Shown piece after piece: positions 21,470 to 31,914 of a DNA stretch of 64,000 bases (the stretch's first letter is position 1; each line of letters begins with the position of its first letter). The DNA comes from a bacterium (GTDB taxonomy: Bacteria > Zhuqueibacterota > Zhuqueibacteria > Oceanimicrobiales > Oceanimicrobiaceae). The position numbers were made by a program, and so were the translations under genes. The DNA lies in the NCBI GenBank assembly GCA_046758365.1, contig JBHIAC010000001.1, forward strand, positions 84,943-148,942. Reading direction: 5' to 3'. The notes beneath the pieces are model-generated. The model worked only from the letters and a program-made list of their open reading frames with translations. It had not been told where the DNA came from and searched no databases.

Positions 21470-21865
21470 ATGACAACTGGAAAAAATTTTATGAAAGGTT
21501 TTTTATTAGGAATAACAACTTCTTTAATTTTATTTCTTGGGCTTCTGTTACTTGTATGGATAAATCGTGTAAAGATTGTTGATGAAGCATTGAATTATGC
21601 ATTTCCTACTCTTGCTGAAGAAGTTTTCAAAGCTATGCCTGATGCTTACATTTCCGTTAACATAGAAAAAGTGATAACCACCTTTGACGCATTTACCAAT
21701 GCGGCCTCAAAAAATGCAATATCCAGACAGGATTTTAATAAATTGGGAAAGCTATTAGCAAAAGTACTGAAAGATAAAAAAATAACCTGGCATGAAATGG
21801 ACGCAATAATAAACTTGATGCAGAAAGTAACAAAAGACCAATACAAAAGAAAGTTTAAACATTAA
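21470..21865 (+). CDS. Hypothetical protein with N-terminal membrane anchor
   Basis: Co-oriented ORF after GGA; single N-terminal TM followed by a helical domain. Confidence 0.7.
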   Translation: MTTGKNFMKGFLLGITTSLILFLGLLLLVWINRVKIVDEALNYAFPTLAEEVFKAMPDAYISVNIEKVITTFDAFTNAASKNAISRQDFNKLGKLLAKVLKDKKITWHEMDAIINLMQKVTKDQYKRKFKH

Positions 21866-21913
21866 ATAAAGAAATAATAACATCAAACAAATTTAAAAAG
21901 GGGTGATATAATT

Positions 21914-22231
21914 TTGTCTAAGTTTTCTATCATAGCAGTTATTTCAGCGTTTTTGGTGGGCATGTTTTCAGGTGCTTTCGCCATTATTACTTTTAGGCAT
22001 GAAATTTGGCCAATTTCAGGGCATGTTAAAGAGATGGCTTTATATGTAATTTCTTCTGTGCCAATATTTGTGATATTATTAATGTGGTATTTGAAAGTTA
22101 TTAAATTTTGTGGGAAGGTGTTGGGAGAAGGTCTAGGTCGATTGATTAATGCCATTTTGAGCTTCGTATTAGTGACATTGATTCTACTTTTTGCAGTGAT
22201 AATTGGCATCTTTTTTGTCGTTATTACTTAA
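21914..22231 (+). CDS. Hypothetical three-TM membrane protein
   Basis: TTG start after AGGGGTG; three hydrophobic segments. Confidence 0.6.
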   Translation: MSKFSIIAVISAFLVGMFSGAFAIITFRHEIWPISGHVKEMALYVISSVPIFVILLMWYLKVIKFCGKVLGEGLGRLINAILSFVLVTLILLFAVIIGIFFVVIT

Positions 22232-22646
22232 GACTCATTGTCGTAGTCCAACGTTTTCCCGCCATTTAGGTCACGATAATTCCTCACTTGTTTTACTGTT
22301 TAATGATATTAATAAGTAAAAAAATTTGTGGATAATTTAGTTTATGAATAAAAAATAATAAAGGAGCTGTAGCTGTATTTTACCATGAGTACATGCCTTT
22401 CAAAGAGTGCTTCAAATTAGTAAATAATGATGAACCTAATCGGTTTTTTAGTCAAGATTTATAGTAGCTCTCGACTTAAGATCATGTGGCGATTTTAATC
22501 CACAAGGTTGAATATTTTCCAAATTAATGATTGTAGAATTTGTATTTAACTGAAATAATGTTTCAATTAGACACATACCCGAAGGCATCGTGTATATAAG
22601 TCTAAGTTTTATAAAAACAAAAAACAAGGCTATTTTAATTAATAAG

Positions 22647-22691
22647 TATCAAGAACTTATTCACGATTGATTAAATGGTACAATATTTGCA
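22647..22691 (+). promoter_or_regulatory. IHF site plus sigma54 promoter upstream of the giant surface protein
   Basis: TATCAA-GAAC-TTA (22647-59) matches WATCAANNNNTTR exactly. TGGTAC-AATAT-TTGCA (22676-91) has GG and GC 12 nt apart. Confidence 0.7.
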
Positions 22692-22783
22692 AAATCAATA
22701 TTATTCTCGTTACAAGACTAATTTATGTTAGCTTAAATTTTAAAATATTTGTTTATTAGCGGTCTTCTATGGAGGTTCATGCA

Positions 22784-25700
22784 ATGCTAAATCTATATTC
22801 CTTAGGATCGAGGTCTATTTTAGGAGCTATAATTTTTTTGTTTTTCACCTCGGCAATATTTGCGCAATACAAAATCATGCCACTTGGAGATTCGATCACA
22901 AGGGGAGAAGGGTCCTCTGCCGATGGAGGATATCGGGATGATTTAGATTCCTTATTGACTGATGCGGGAGAGCTTTTTAATTTTGTTGGAACTTTGAGCG
23001 ATACTTCCGGAGACCATGATAGAGACCATGAAGGGCACGATGCTTGGCCAGCCGATTCCGTCGATTTTCATATCAACACTTTGATGAATTCATATAATCC
23101 TGACATAGTTCTTTTACACATTGGAACTAACAATATATCGGGAGATGAAAATACTTTATTAATAATAAATGAAATTAGTAGTATCGTAGATAAAATTTAT
23201 AATTATGACACTTCAACTATTATACTATTATGCAGTTTGATCCCAAGAACGGATTTGACCTCAAGAGACGAACAAACCACAGCTCTTAATCAATCCATAG
23301 AAACTTTAGTTTACGACAAAAGGACTTTGGGCTATATAATTTATTATGTAGGACAGAATGAAATCTTTAAATCGAATAACAATTGGGCCACTGATTATAT
23401 GGTTAATAATTTGCATCCAAATGATACCGGTTATAACCTAATGGCACAGGTATTTTTTAATGCCATATTAAATGCAATCAATTCATCAGGTTCAATTGTT
23501 ACTGACAATTTCAATCGTACAAAATTAGGAATCACTTGGGTTGCTGATCCAGAATATATTATTGTTAATAATCAGCTTTCAAACACCTCAGCGGTTGATG
23601 CTTGGGATTTTATGGCTGTTTATGTAACTCAAATTAATCCAAAACAAGTTTCATTCACCTGGGGTGTAAATGCCGATGCCAATGGAATCGATCTTGGTGG
23701 CTTTGCTTTAATGCTGAATAGCCCGTCTCCAGATGCTGACGGATACCTTGTATGGAGGCGTACGTCAGATAACAGAATTGATCTATGGACCATTGTAAAT
23801 GGTGTTCCAGACACCCCCATAGCCCAAACAGCTACTTCATTACCACCTCCTTCCGCAGGGGATGAATTTAAGATTATTTTAAGCACAGATGGGAGTGGTC
23901 ATCATTTTGATTGTTTTATAAATGGTTCATTAGACGCGAGGATTTCAGATCTAAATAAATTACAAGGAAATGGAGCTACACTTTATTCTGGCGTGTATCT
24001 TAGAGGAAATAAAAACAATGATATTGATAATTTCAATATTATCCAGAGTAGTGATGAGACGAGGCCGGCTGCAGTTATAGATCTGAGCGTCGGTTTAATT
24101 TCAGCAACATCAATTGAATTAACATGGAAAGCAACCGGGGATGATTCGCTCCAAGGGACCGCATCGAGCTATGATCTGCGTTATGCAACCACTCTTATAA
24201 CCAATGAGAATTTTCCAGGAGCCACTAAAGTGACTGGTTTGCCCACACCTTCAGGCCCGAGCACTCCGGAGAGCTTTTTTGTTACAAATTTACAGCCGAA
24301 TACTACATACTATTTTGCATTAAAAGTTTTGGATGAAGCCAACAATGCTTCAGATATTTCTAATGTTCCAACGGCAACAACTCTATCTGGATTTACATTT
24401 ACAGATGATTTTAATAATAGGAGTGAATTAGGAACAGATTGGAATGCTGACCCAGAATATCAGATTGTTTCAGGGGAATTAGACAATACCTCGGCATTGG
24501 ATCAATGGGGTTTTATGGCCGTTTATACGGCTCGTAAAAATCCCCTTGATGTATCGATCCAATGGGGTTCTGGGGCTGATGCTAATGGAATCGATGGCGG
24601 TGGGTTTGCCATAATGTTAAATTCTTCGTCTCCAGATGCTGACGGATATTTAGTTTGGAAAAAGCCTACCCAACAATTATATGATCTTTGGACGATCGTG
24701 AATGGCCAGCCTGCACAGTCTATCACTCAAGTAGCTTCCACTATCCCCGGGCCTGCAGCGGGAGGTACTTTTAAGGTCGTACCAAGATCTGATGACTCCG
24801 GTCACCATTTTGATTGCTTTATTGATGGACAATTTGATGCGACAATTTCAGATGTAAACAAACTTCAGGGCAATGGTTCAATTCTTTATTCAGGCGTAAT
24901 GTTGCGTGGAGGAAGAAATAACAATGTAGATGAGTTCTCTTTAACTTATCAAGTTGGTAATCCCACAAGTTTAGTGAAAGATTTTGGCGATAATCAGACG
25001 GGAGTAGTTAATACTACTTTACCTGATTCATTGGTTGTTTTGGTTTCAGATCAAAATGGTAATCCAGTTCCAAACGTCGGAATCGACTATACGGTGACAG
25101 AGGGGAATGGGTCTGTGAATGTTGTGGCTACGCTTGATAAAATTCGAGTTGAAGCAGAATCGGGAATATTAACAGCACCCATGCAAATTGCAGCAGACCC
25201 TTTGGCTTCCAATGGTAATTATATATGGGTACCTGTGGGTGCAGGCACCAACGGAGTTGCTGAATATTCATTTGATGTTCCTACAGACGATACCTATGTA
25301 ATTTGGGGTAGAGTAATAGCACCAAACGGTTCTGAAGATTCCTTCTTTATATCCATGGATGGTGGACCAGATGTGTTATGGGATGTATTGCAGGGATTAT
25401 GGCAAAGTGATTGGACTTGGGATCAAGTATCGGACCGAGGTACTGGAAGTAGTTTAAATCCTGAATTTGATCCTAAGCTATTTCAATTAACAGCAGGGAC
25501 ACACAATCTTAAAATAAAACAAAGAGATGCGGGGACTAAAATAGATAAAATAATCATTACGAGCGATTTAAATTTTGTGCCTTCCGGATTAGAAGAGACG
25601 AGTGGTTTGGAGACTGATATAAACGGTAAAGCTTTCGCTTTTTTGACTTTGGGTACTACCGCTGGAAACAATAGCGTTCAAGTATCGGCAGCCGGTCTCA

Positions 25701-28700
25701 TTCCTGTGACTTTTACAGCAACTGGAACTGCTGATTCGGCTGAAACCATCGAAAAAATATCTGGAGATGACCAAATCGCACCGCCCGGAACTCTGTTGCC
25801 TGAACCATTCGTGGTGGAATTAAAGGATCTGTATGGCAATCTAGTGGCCAATTTTCCTGTTAATTGGGATGTAATTACCGGAAATGGTACCCTGTCTTCT
25901 CCAAGCCCGGTTTTCACTGACGAAAATGGTCAGGCCTCAGATACCCTTACAATGGCTACCAATGGCCCAATTAATGAAGTGTTGGTTACGGCCCCGGGAG
26001 TGGTAGGGGATTCTGTAATTTTTAGGGCTACGGCTGAACCCGGCGATCCAGCAACTTTGGTTGTGCTTTCAGGCGATGATCAAGTGGGACAGGCTAATCA
26101 AGTGTTACCAGAATCCTTAAGTGTTAAAATAACCGATGTGATTGGGACTCCAAAGTCCAACCATCCCGTTACGTTTGAAGTTAAAAGCGGCGGTGGAACC
26201 TTGAACGATTCTCTATCCATAATTACTAGAAATGCAAACGGTAATGGAATTGCTGAAGTTTCATGGACGTTAGGACCCGAATTAGGTGCGCAGAATACCG
26301 TGGAAGTAAGCTCTTCTTTTAATGGCAATCCCCTAAACAATTCACCCCATACATTTCAGGCTACAGCCTTGGCGCCTAGTATTTTAGCTAAAGAATCCGG
26401 GGATAACCAGACCGGAACCGCAAATAAGGCTCTTTCTCAACCTTTTGAAGTTAAGGTAACCAGCAACGATGGAACACCTGTTGCAGGCGTGGAAGTTACC
26501 TTTACGGTTACTGGGGGCGGAGGAAATTTCAGTGGGACTTCTTCTACTATCGTGTTTACTAATGACTTGGGTATCGCAGAGACTACTTTAACTTTGGGCC
26601 CAACGCCAGGCGCCACCAATACAGCTCAGGCCACGGCATCCTTTGATAGTAATCCTCTTGTTGGTTCCCCCATTGACTTTACAGCAACCTCGGCTGTGCC
26701 GCAAACATTGGTGCGGGTTTCTGAAGATACTTTAAATGGTCCGGTGAATTCGTCTTTGTCTGATTCTGTAAAAGTGCAAGTTCTGGATGCCTTGGACCAG
26801 CCATTAGAGAATTGGGATGTGATTTTTGCTGTCACTATGGGTGGAGGTAATGTTAATGGCAGCACAATTGATACAGTCCAGACTGATGCTAACGGTATTG
26901 CCGGAGCTGAATGGACCCTCGGTGGTGTCGCGGGTGATTACAACAATAAACTTCAGGCTTCGGCTACTTTTAATAGTCAACCCCTGGGTTCTCCTATTGA
27001 ATTTGTAGCCTCAGCAGAACCCGGTACCGCAACAGATTTGGTCAAAGTATCCGGCGATAGTCTAAACGGCGTCATCCAAAATCCTTTACCTGAACCCTTT
27101 GTGGTTCAAGTCACAGATGGTTCCAATCCTATTGTAGGATGGTCTGTTACATTTACGGTTATAGAAGGAGGCGGGAATATAAATGGCTCGCAATCTGTGG
27201 TGGTTCCAACCAATGCTTCCGGAGAGGCTTCTGCTACCTTGACTTTAGGAAATATTTCTGGCTTGTGGAACAATGTGGTAGAGGCTGCTGCGGAAAATGG
27301 TGACCCGTTAAATGGATCACCAATTAGATTTGTTGCAACAGCCGCAGCTAATAATGCAAGTAAATTAATTTATGTTGCTGGAAATAATCAAAATGGACAA
27401 GCTGGTGAATCTCTACCGCAGCAAGTCCAAGTAAAAGTTACTGACAACCAAGATAACCCAATATCGGGTCATCCAGTTACTTTTAAAGTAACCAAAGGCG
27501 GTGGCACGATTAACGGTTTATTATCTTCTGATACACTGGATGTTGTCCCTACCAATGAAAGTGGTATTGCATCAGTTACCTGGTATCTGGGGGGTACCAT
27601 AGGAACTAATTCTCAAGCTTTGGAAATAAATGCGAATGATGGTGTAAACGATTTGGATGGTTCCCCAATGACTATTTTAGCCAGCGCTACCGCTGGTCCG
27701 GTTGATCCCGATGCATCATATTTGGAATCTAATGTATCCCAATTACCAGCCGATGGACAGACTACGGCTACCATCACGGTGGCCTTTACCGATAAATTTG
27801 GTAATCCTGTTGAAGGTAAGGCCGTGAACATTATTTCAACAGGTAGCTTCAATATCATTAACAACCCAGCGAGTTTAACCGATGAAAATGGTCAGGCGGT
27901 TGGAACAATCGCCTCTACCAAAGCTGAAGTAAAATCTATTAGTGCAAGAAATGTGTCTGATGGTTTTGATTTAAATACTACAATTAATGTGGAATTTCTT
28001 CCTTTGGATCCTGATAAGATAGAGGAAAGTAGTGGTAACGGTCAAATCGCTAATATTGGCACAGCATTAGAGAATCCTATTGTTGTTATCGTCAAAGATG
28101 TAAATAACAACCCCGTTCCAGATGTAAGTGTTGAAATTTTGGTTAATGATGGCGGCGGGTTTATTTTAAATGAAAGCTCACCGCCTCAGGGCGCTTTAGG
28201 TAAATTCTCTGTGGCTATTCTTACAGATAGCGAAGGCAAAGCATCGGCTAATTGGGTGCTTGGCCCGAATCCTGGTACGAATACGGCGGAGGCGCGTGTC
28301 ACTGGACTTACAGGTTCTCCAGTTGTTTTCACCGCTAACGGTGTCAATGCGACTGCAACAAATATGGAATCATATTCTGGCGACAATCAAGAGGGAGTTA
28401 TGGCAGGAAGAACCCTCCCTGATCCATTAAAAGTAAGAGTCACGGATGCCAACGGTAAACCAGTTTGGAATGTACCAGTGACATTTACTATCACATTAGG
28501 GGGTGGATCACTTTCTAATGAAAATGCTGTGACTGATTATCAAGGCATTGCTCAAACTAACTTGACATTGGGACCAACGGTTGGAACCAATATGGTAGAA
28601 GCAAGCAATGCTTCGCTTTCCGGGTCACCAGTAACCTTCTTCTTTGTGAGTGTTGAAGGTACGCCGGCGATTCTAACCGCCTTTGAAGGAGATGGAGGAA

Positions 28701-30382
28701 GTGGGGCTGTAAACTCTCTTTATCCGATCTCTATCAAAATTACTGATATACATGAAAATCCAGTTGCAGGCGTTCATGCTGGATTTCAGGTCATTGAAGG
28801 AGGCGCCTCTATTGAAAGCGCAGAAAATGCCACCGATGCATCAGGAATTGCACGGGCGCAAGTTAGACTGCCTACATCCATTGGTACCGTAAAAGTCAAA
28901 GCTACTTCTAACGATTTACCAGATTTCTTTGTAACATTCTCGATATCTGTTGTATCTGGCCAAGCGGTATATATTGAACTGTTCGATGGCAATAATCAAA
29001 CAGGTACAGTAGGTCGTGAATTAGTATTCCCTCTAGAACTCCGGGTAAATGATACCTATGGAAATCCAGTATCGGGACATCAAGTGCAATGGGTGCCAAC
29101 TCAAGGGAGTGGTAGTCTCAAATATCAAACAACTAGCACAGATGAAGATGGGATGACAGCAAACATTTTTACCTTGGGTGCCCAACCAGGAATAAATGAA
29201 GCTTATGCAATAGCTTCCACATTAAGTGGGTCGCCAATTATTTTCACGGCTACGGGAGTAATTAACAATTTCCCAGTATTTGTTGGATTAAATGATACAT
29301 CTGTGGTAGAAGGAAACCTGCTGGAATTTCAGGTTAATGCAACCGACGATGACAGCGATCCTATTACCTATGAAGCCGAGGATTTACCGCTTGGTGCGAC
29401 TTTTAACCAAAGCGAAAGAACTTTCAATTGGACGCCAGGGGACCAACAATCTGGTGAGTATAAATTGACCTTTATTGCAAGAGATGACCAGGGTGGATTA
29501 GACGCTGAGACTATTACTATCACGGTAAAAAACAGTAACCATCCTCCGGTCTTAAGCGCTTGGAGTCCACAGGATTTCGACCTGGTATTTATCAAAGGCG
29601 TAACTATACTTTTCTCGGTAACTGCAACAGATGCAGATCAGGATGAGTTAACCTATAAATGGGAAAAAGATGGGATGTGGGTTGCCTCAACTCCTCAATA
29701 TGAATTCATCACAAGCCCCTTAGATCCTAAATCTTATATTATAACAGTAGAAGTCAGCGACAATCAAGATGTTGTTTCTCTTGAGTGGAAAATTGATATT
29801 GTCGTATCTGTTGAGCTTTCTAGCTTTCAAGCTCAATTTGACGGGTTCAACGGAGTTAAAATATCTTGGACTACAAGCCGGGAAATTGATAATCGCGGAT
29901 ATAATATACTGGGGAGCCTAACAAGGAATGGAGATTTCACCAAATTAAATGATGAATTGATTGCTTCAAATGACAAAGGCGTATATCATTTTATTGACTT
30001 AAATGTAGAGGTTGGCAGACGTTATTTTTATATTCTTGAAGATGTGGACATTCGAGGTGTAAAAACGCAACATGGTCCAATTTCAGTGGATATAACCGCA
30101 CCAAAAAATTATGAATTGAGCCAGAACTATCCTAACCCATTTAATCCTGAAACTAAGATACGGTATCAATTACCAGAAGCAGGTCAGGTTGTTGTTAAAA
30201 TCTATAATCTCTTAGGACGTGAAGTTAAAACGCTTGTGAATGAACGTAAAGAAGCGGGATTTCATGTTGTAACTTGGGATGCTAAAGATAATTTTGGTCG
30301 AGAAGTAAGTTCAGGAATTTATTATTATCGAATTATTGTTGGTACATTCCATCAAACTAACAAAATGGTTTTTATGAAATAG
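22784..30382 (+). CDS. Giant secreted multidomain protein: SGNH hydrolase, two duplicated beta domains around an FN3, about 12 Big/invasin-like Ig repeats, CBM-like insert and T9SS/FlgD-type C-terminal domain
   Basis: Signal peptide; GDSIT...GTNN...LHPN; LTWKATGDD...YYFALK; repeated SGDNQ..G....LP.P..V.V.D..GNPV....V.F; EAESG module; LSQNYPNPFNPET...KMVFMK. ATG 22784 follows GGAGG (track start 22769). Confidence 0.9.
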   Translation: MLNLYSLGSRSILGAIIFLFFTSAIFAQYKIMPLGDSITRGEGSSADGGYRDDLDSLLTDAGELFNFVGTLSDTSGDHDRDHEGHDAWPADSVDFHINTLMNSYNPDIVLLHIGTNNISGDENTLLIINEISSIVDKIYNYDTSTIILLCSLIPRTDLTSRDEQTTALNQSIETLVYDKRTLGYIIYYVGQNEIFKSNNNWATDYMVNNLHPNDTGYNLMAQVFFNAILNAINSSGSIVTDNFNRTKLGITWVADPEYIIVNNQLSNTSAVDAWDFMAVYVTQINPKQVSFTWGVNADANGIDLGGFALMLNSPSPDADGYLVWRRTSDNRIDLWTIVNGVPDTPIAQTATSLPPPSAGDEFKIILSTDGSGHHFDCFINGSLDARISDLNKLQGNGATLYSGVYLRGNKNNDIDNFNIIQSSDETRPAAVIDLSVGLISATSIELTWKATGDDSLQGTASSYDLRYATTLITNENFPGATKVTGLPTPSGPSTPESFFVTNLQPNTTYYFALKVLDEANNASDISNVPTATTLSGFTFTDDFNNRSELGTDWNADPEYQIVSGELDNTSALDQWGFMAVYTARKNPLDVSIQWGSGADANGIDGGGFAIMLNSSSPDADGYLVWKKPTQQLYDLWTIVNGQPAQSITQVASTIPGPAAGGTFKVVPRSDDSGHHFDCFIDGQFDATISDVNKLQGNGSILYSGVMLRGGRNNNVDEFSLTYQVGNPTSLVKDFGDNQTGVVNTTLPDSLVVLVSDQNGNPVPNVGIDYTVTEGNGSVNVVATLDKIRVEAESGILTAPMQIAADPLASNGNYIWVPVGAGTNGVAEYSFDVPTDDTYVIWGRVIAPNGSEDSFFISMDGGPDVLWDVLQGLWQSDWTWDQVSDRGTGSSLNPEFDPKLFQLTAGTHNLKIKQRDAGTKIDKIIITSDLNFVPSGLEETSGLETDINGKAFAFLTLGTTAGNNSVQVSAAGLIPVTFTATGTADSAETIEKISGDDQIAPPGTLLPEPFVVELKDLYGNLVANFPVNWDVITGNGTLSSPSPVFTDENGQASDTLTMATNGPINEVLVTAPGVVGDSVIFRATAEPGDPATLVVLSGDDQVGQANQVLPESLSVKITDVIGTPKSNHPVTFEVKSGGGTLNDSLSIITRNANGNGIAEVSWTLGPELGAQNTVEVSSSFNGNPLNNSPHTFQATALAPSILAKESGDNQTGTANKALSQPFEVKVTSNDGTPVAGVEVTFTVTGGGGNFSGTSSTIVFTNDLGIAETTLTLGPTPGATNTAQATASFDSNPLVGSPIDFTATSAVPQTLVRVSEDTLNGPVNSSLSDSVKVQVLDALDQPLENWDVIFAVTMGGGNVNGSTIDTVQTDANGIAGAEWTLGGVAGDYNNKLQASATFNSQPLGSPIEFVASAEPGTATDLVKVSGDSLNGVIQNPLPEPFVVQVTDGSNPIVGWSVTFTVIEGGGNINGSQSVVVPTNASGEASATLTLGNISGLWNNVVEAAAENGDPLNGSPIRFVATAAANNASKLIYVAGNNQNGQAGESLPQQVQVKVTDNQDNPISGHPVTFKVTKGGGTINGLLSSDTLDVVPTNESGIASVTWYLGGTIGTNSQALEINANDGVNDLDGSPMTILASATAGPVDPDASYLESNVSQLPADGQTTATITVAFTDKFGNPVEGKAVNIISTGSFNIINNPASLTDENGQAVGTIASTKAEVKSISARNVSDGFDLNTTINVEFLPLDPDKIEESSGNGQIANIGTALENPIVVIVKDVNNNPVPDVSVEILVNDGGGFILNESSPPQGALGKFSVAILTDSEGKASANWVLGPNPGTNTAEARVTGLTGSPVVFTANGVNATATNMESYSGDNQEGVMAGRTLPDPLKVRVTDANGKPVWNVPVTFTITLGGGSLSNENAVTDYQGIAQTNLTLGPTVGTNMVEASNASLSGSPVTFFFVSVEGTPAILTAFEGDGGSGAVNSLYPISIKITDIHENPVAGVHAGFQVIEGGASIESAENATDASGIARAQVRLPTSIGTVKVKATSNDLPDFFVTFSISVVSGQAVYIELFDGNNQTGTVGRELVFPLELRVNDTYGNPVSGHQVQWVPTQGSGSLKYQTTSTDEDGMTANIFTLGAQPGINEAYAIASTLSGSPIIFTATGVINNFPVFVGLNDTSVVEGNLLEFQVNATDDDSDPITYEAEDLPLGATFNQSERTFNWTPGDQQSGEYKLTFIARDDQGGLDAETITITVKNSNHPPVLSAWSPQDFDLVFIKGVTILFSVTATDADQDELTYKWEKDGMWVASTPQYEFITSPLDPKSYIITVEVSDNQDVVSLEWKIDIVVSVELSSFQAQFDGFNGVKISWTTSREIDNRGYNILGSLTRNGDFTKLNDELIASNDKGVYHFIDLNVEVGRRYFYILEDVDIRGVKTQHGPISVDITAPKNYELSQNYPNPFNPETKIRYQLPEAGQVVVKIYNLLGREVKTLVNERKEAGFHVVTWDAKDNFGREVSSGIYYYRIIVGTFHQTNKMVFMK

Positions 30383-30537
30383 GGATAAATATCCTACATA
30401 ATCTTGCATTCAGAATGAATATACTGAATGATCCTAGTTTGTTTAATATGAGCCCACAGTGTCAAACTACCTAGTATCCTGTTTGATGAAATCCTCCCAT
30501 CAATAACTCAGGTTTTACCCGGCCGCAGCTATTTCTA

Positions 30538-30566
30538 TTGACATTTCATAGTATAAATATTATATT
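30538..30566 (+). promoter_or_regulatory. Sigma70-type promoter for carAB
   Basis: TTGACA-N17-TATATT. Confidence 0.75.
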
Positions 30567-30575
30567 AGCAAGGCC

Positions 30576-30725
30576 ATTGTAAAATTCAACTAAGTCATGT
30601 AAATCGAACCGAAATCGTCATTCTCGAGTGATTTTATCGGGAATCGTGTGCTTAAATTACTGATGGATTCCTGCTTACAACTTACGGGAATGACATTCAT
30701 AGAGCAAATATGTTAAATTTACAAT
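30576..30725. mobile_element. MITE/REP-like nested inverted-repeat element in the carA leader
   Basis: Outer arms ATTGTAAAATTCAAC / GTTAAATTTACAAT. Inner GTCATTCTCG..CGGGAATC (30617-45) and GATTCCTG..CGGGAATGAC (30666-94). Confidence 0.6.
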
Positions 30726-30789
30726 AGTTTAGATAGTAATTTTTAATTACTTTACTAGCGTTGTAGATTTTTCAAAGAGAATTGTATTT

Positions 30790-31851
30790 ATGATTGTAAA
30801 ACTTATTTTAGAAGATGGCTCAATTTTTGATGGAAAGTCCTTTGGCAGTCCTAAATCAACTTCAGGGGAAGTCGTTTTTAATACTGGGATGGTGGGATAT
30901 CCTGAGTGTTTAACGGATCCATCTTATGAGGGTCAAATTCTTATTTTAACCTATCCCTTAATCGGAAACTATGGCGTTCCTCCTCCCAATGAGCAAAAGA
31001 ATGTACTTTTGGAACAGGATTTTGAGTCGGATAGAATTCATATATCTGGACTGGTGGTTTCTGAGTATTCATTAAATTACAGTCACTGGAGAGGTCATTC
31101 GAACATCGATGCCTGGTTGAAAACCCATCAGGTACCCGGTATCAGTGGAATTGATACCCGATTACTCACCCAGAAAATGCGAGATCAAGGAGCTATGCTT
31201 GGCAAAATAGTTGTGCAAGAAAAAGACATAGAATTTTTTGACCCAAATCTTGTAAATTTGGTAACCAGAGTTTCCCCTAAGAAGCCTGTTAATTATGGAA
31301 CCGGCAAAAAAAGAATTTTGCTTATTGAATGCGGATGTAAATTTAACATCATTAGATCCCTTCTGAATAGAAATATTTCAGTTAAAATTGTGCCCTGGGA
31401 TTGGGATATTTCCAAGGAACAGTTTGATGGCCTTGTGATTTCCAATGGTCCGGGGGATCCCAAAATGTGCATTGAAACAATTCAAAATGTCCGTAAAGCT
31501 TTAGAAGATGAGGTACCCACGTTTGGGATTTGCCTTGGCAATCAAATTTTAGCCTTGGCGGCTGGTGCAGACACCTATAAACTAAAATATGGCCATCGCA
31601 GTCAAAATCAACCCTGTATTCTTGTGGGTAGCAAACGCTGCTTTATCACTTCTCAAAATCACGGGTATGCCGTTGACGAAAATACTTTACCGGTGGATTG
31701 GGAACCGTGGTTTTTTAACGCCAATGACGGCACTAATGAAGGGATTCGTCATCGTAGTAAACCATTTATGAGTGTGCAATTTCACCCAGAGGCCTGTCCT
31801 GGGCCTGTGGATACCAGCTTTCTTTTTGATGAATTTATTGCACTGCTTTAG
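30790..31851 (+). CDS. carA: Carbamoyl-phosphate synthase small subunit
   Basis: GEVVFNTGMVGY, SNGPGDP, FGICLGNQ and QFHPE. Confidence 0.97.
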   Translation: MIVKLILEDGSIFDGKSFGSPKSTSGEVVFNTGMVGYPECLTDPSYEGQILILTYPLIGNYGVPPPNEQKNVLLEQDFESDRIHISGLVVSEYSLNYSHWRGHSNIDAWLKTHQVPGISGIDTRLLTQKMRDQGAMLGKIVVQEKDIEFFDPNLVNLVTRVSPKKPVNYGTGKKRILLIECGCKFNIIRSLLNRNISVKIVPWDWDISKEQFDGLVISNGPGDPKMCIETIQNVRKALEDEVPTFGICLGNQILALAAGADTYKLKYGHRSQNQPCILVGSKRCFITSQNHGYAVDENTLPVDWEPWFFNANDGTNEGIRHRSKPFMSVQFHPEACPGPVDTSFLFDEFIALL

Positions 31852-31914
31852 ATAGGATACACTTTGTTCGTGGGGGATTTTCTGGTGAGCTAAGCAATGG
31901 GCTTAATAGAAAAC

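Noticed and set aside
22229..22290. Minus-strand peptide QVRNYRDLNGGKTLDYDNES as a gene remnant
   Set aside because: Too short, with no start and no identifiable family.
30450..30475. Fragment resembling reverse 23S rRNA (gtcaaactacc)
   Set aside because: Only about 11 nt match and there is no flanking similarity.
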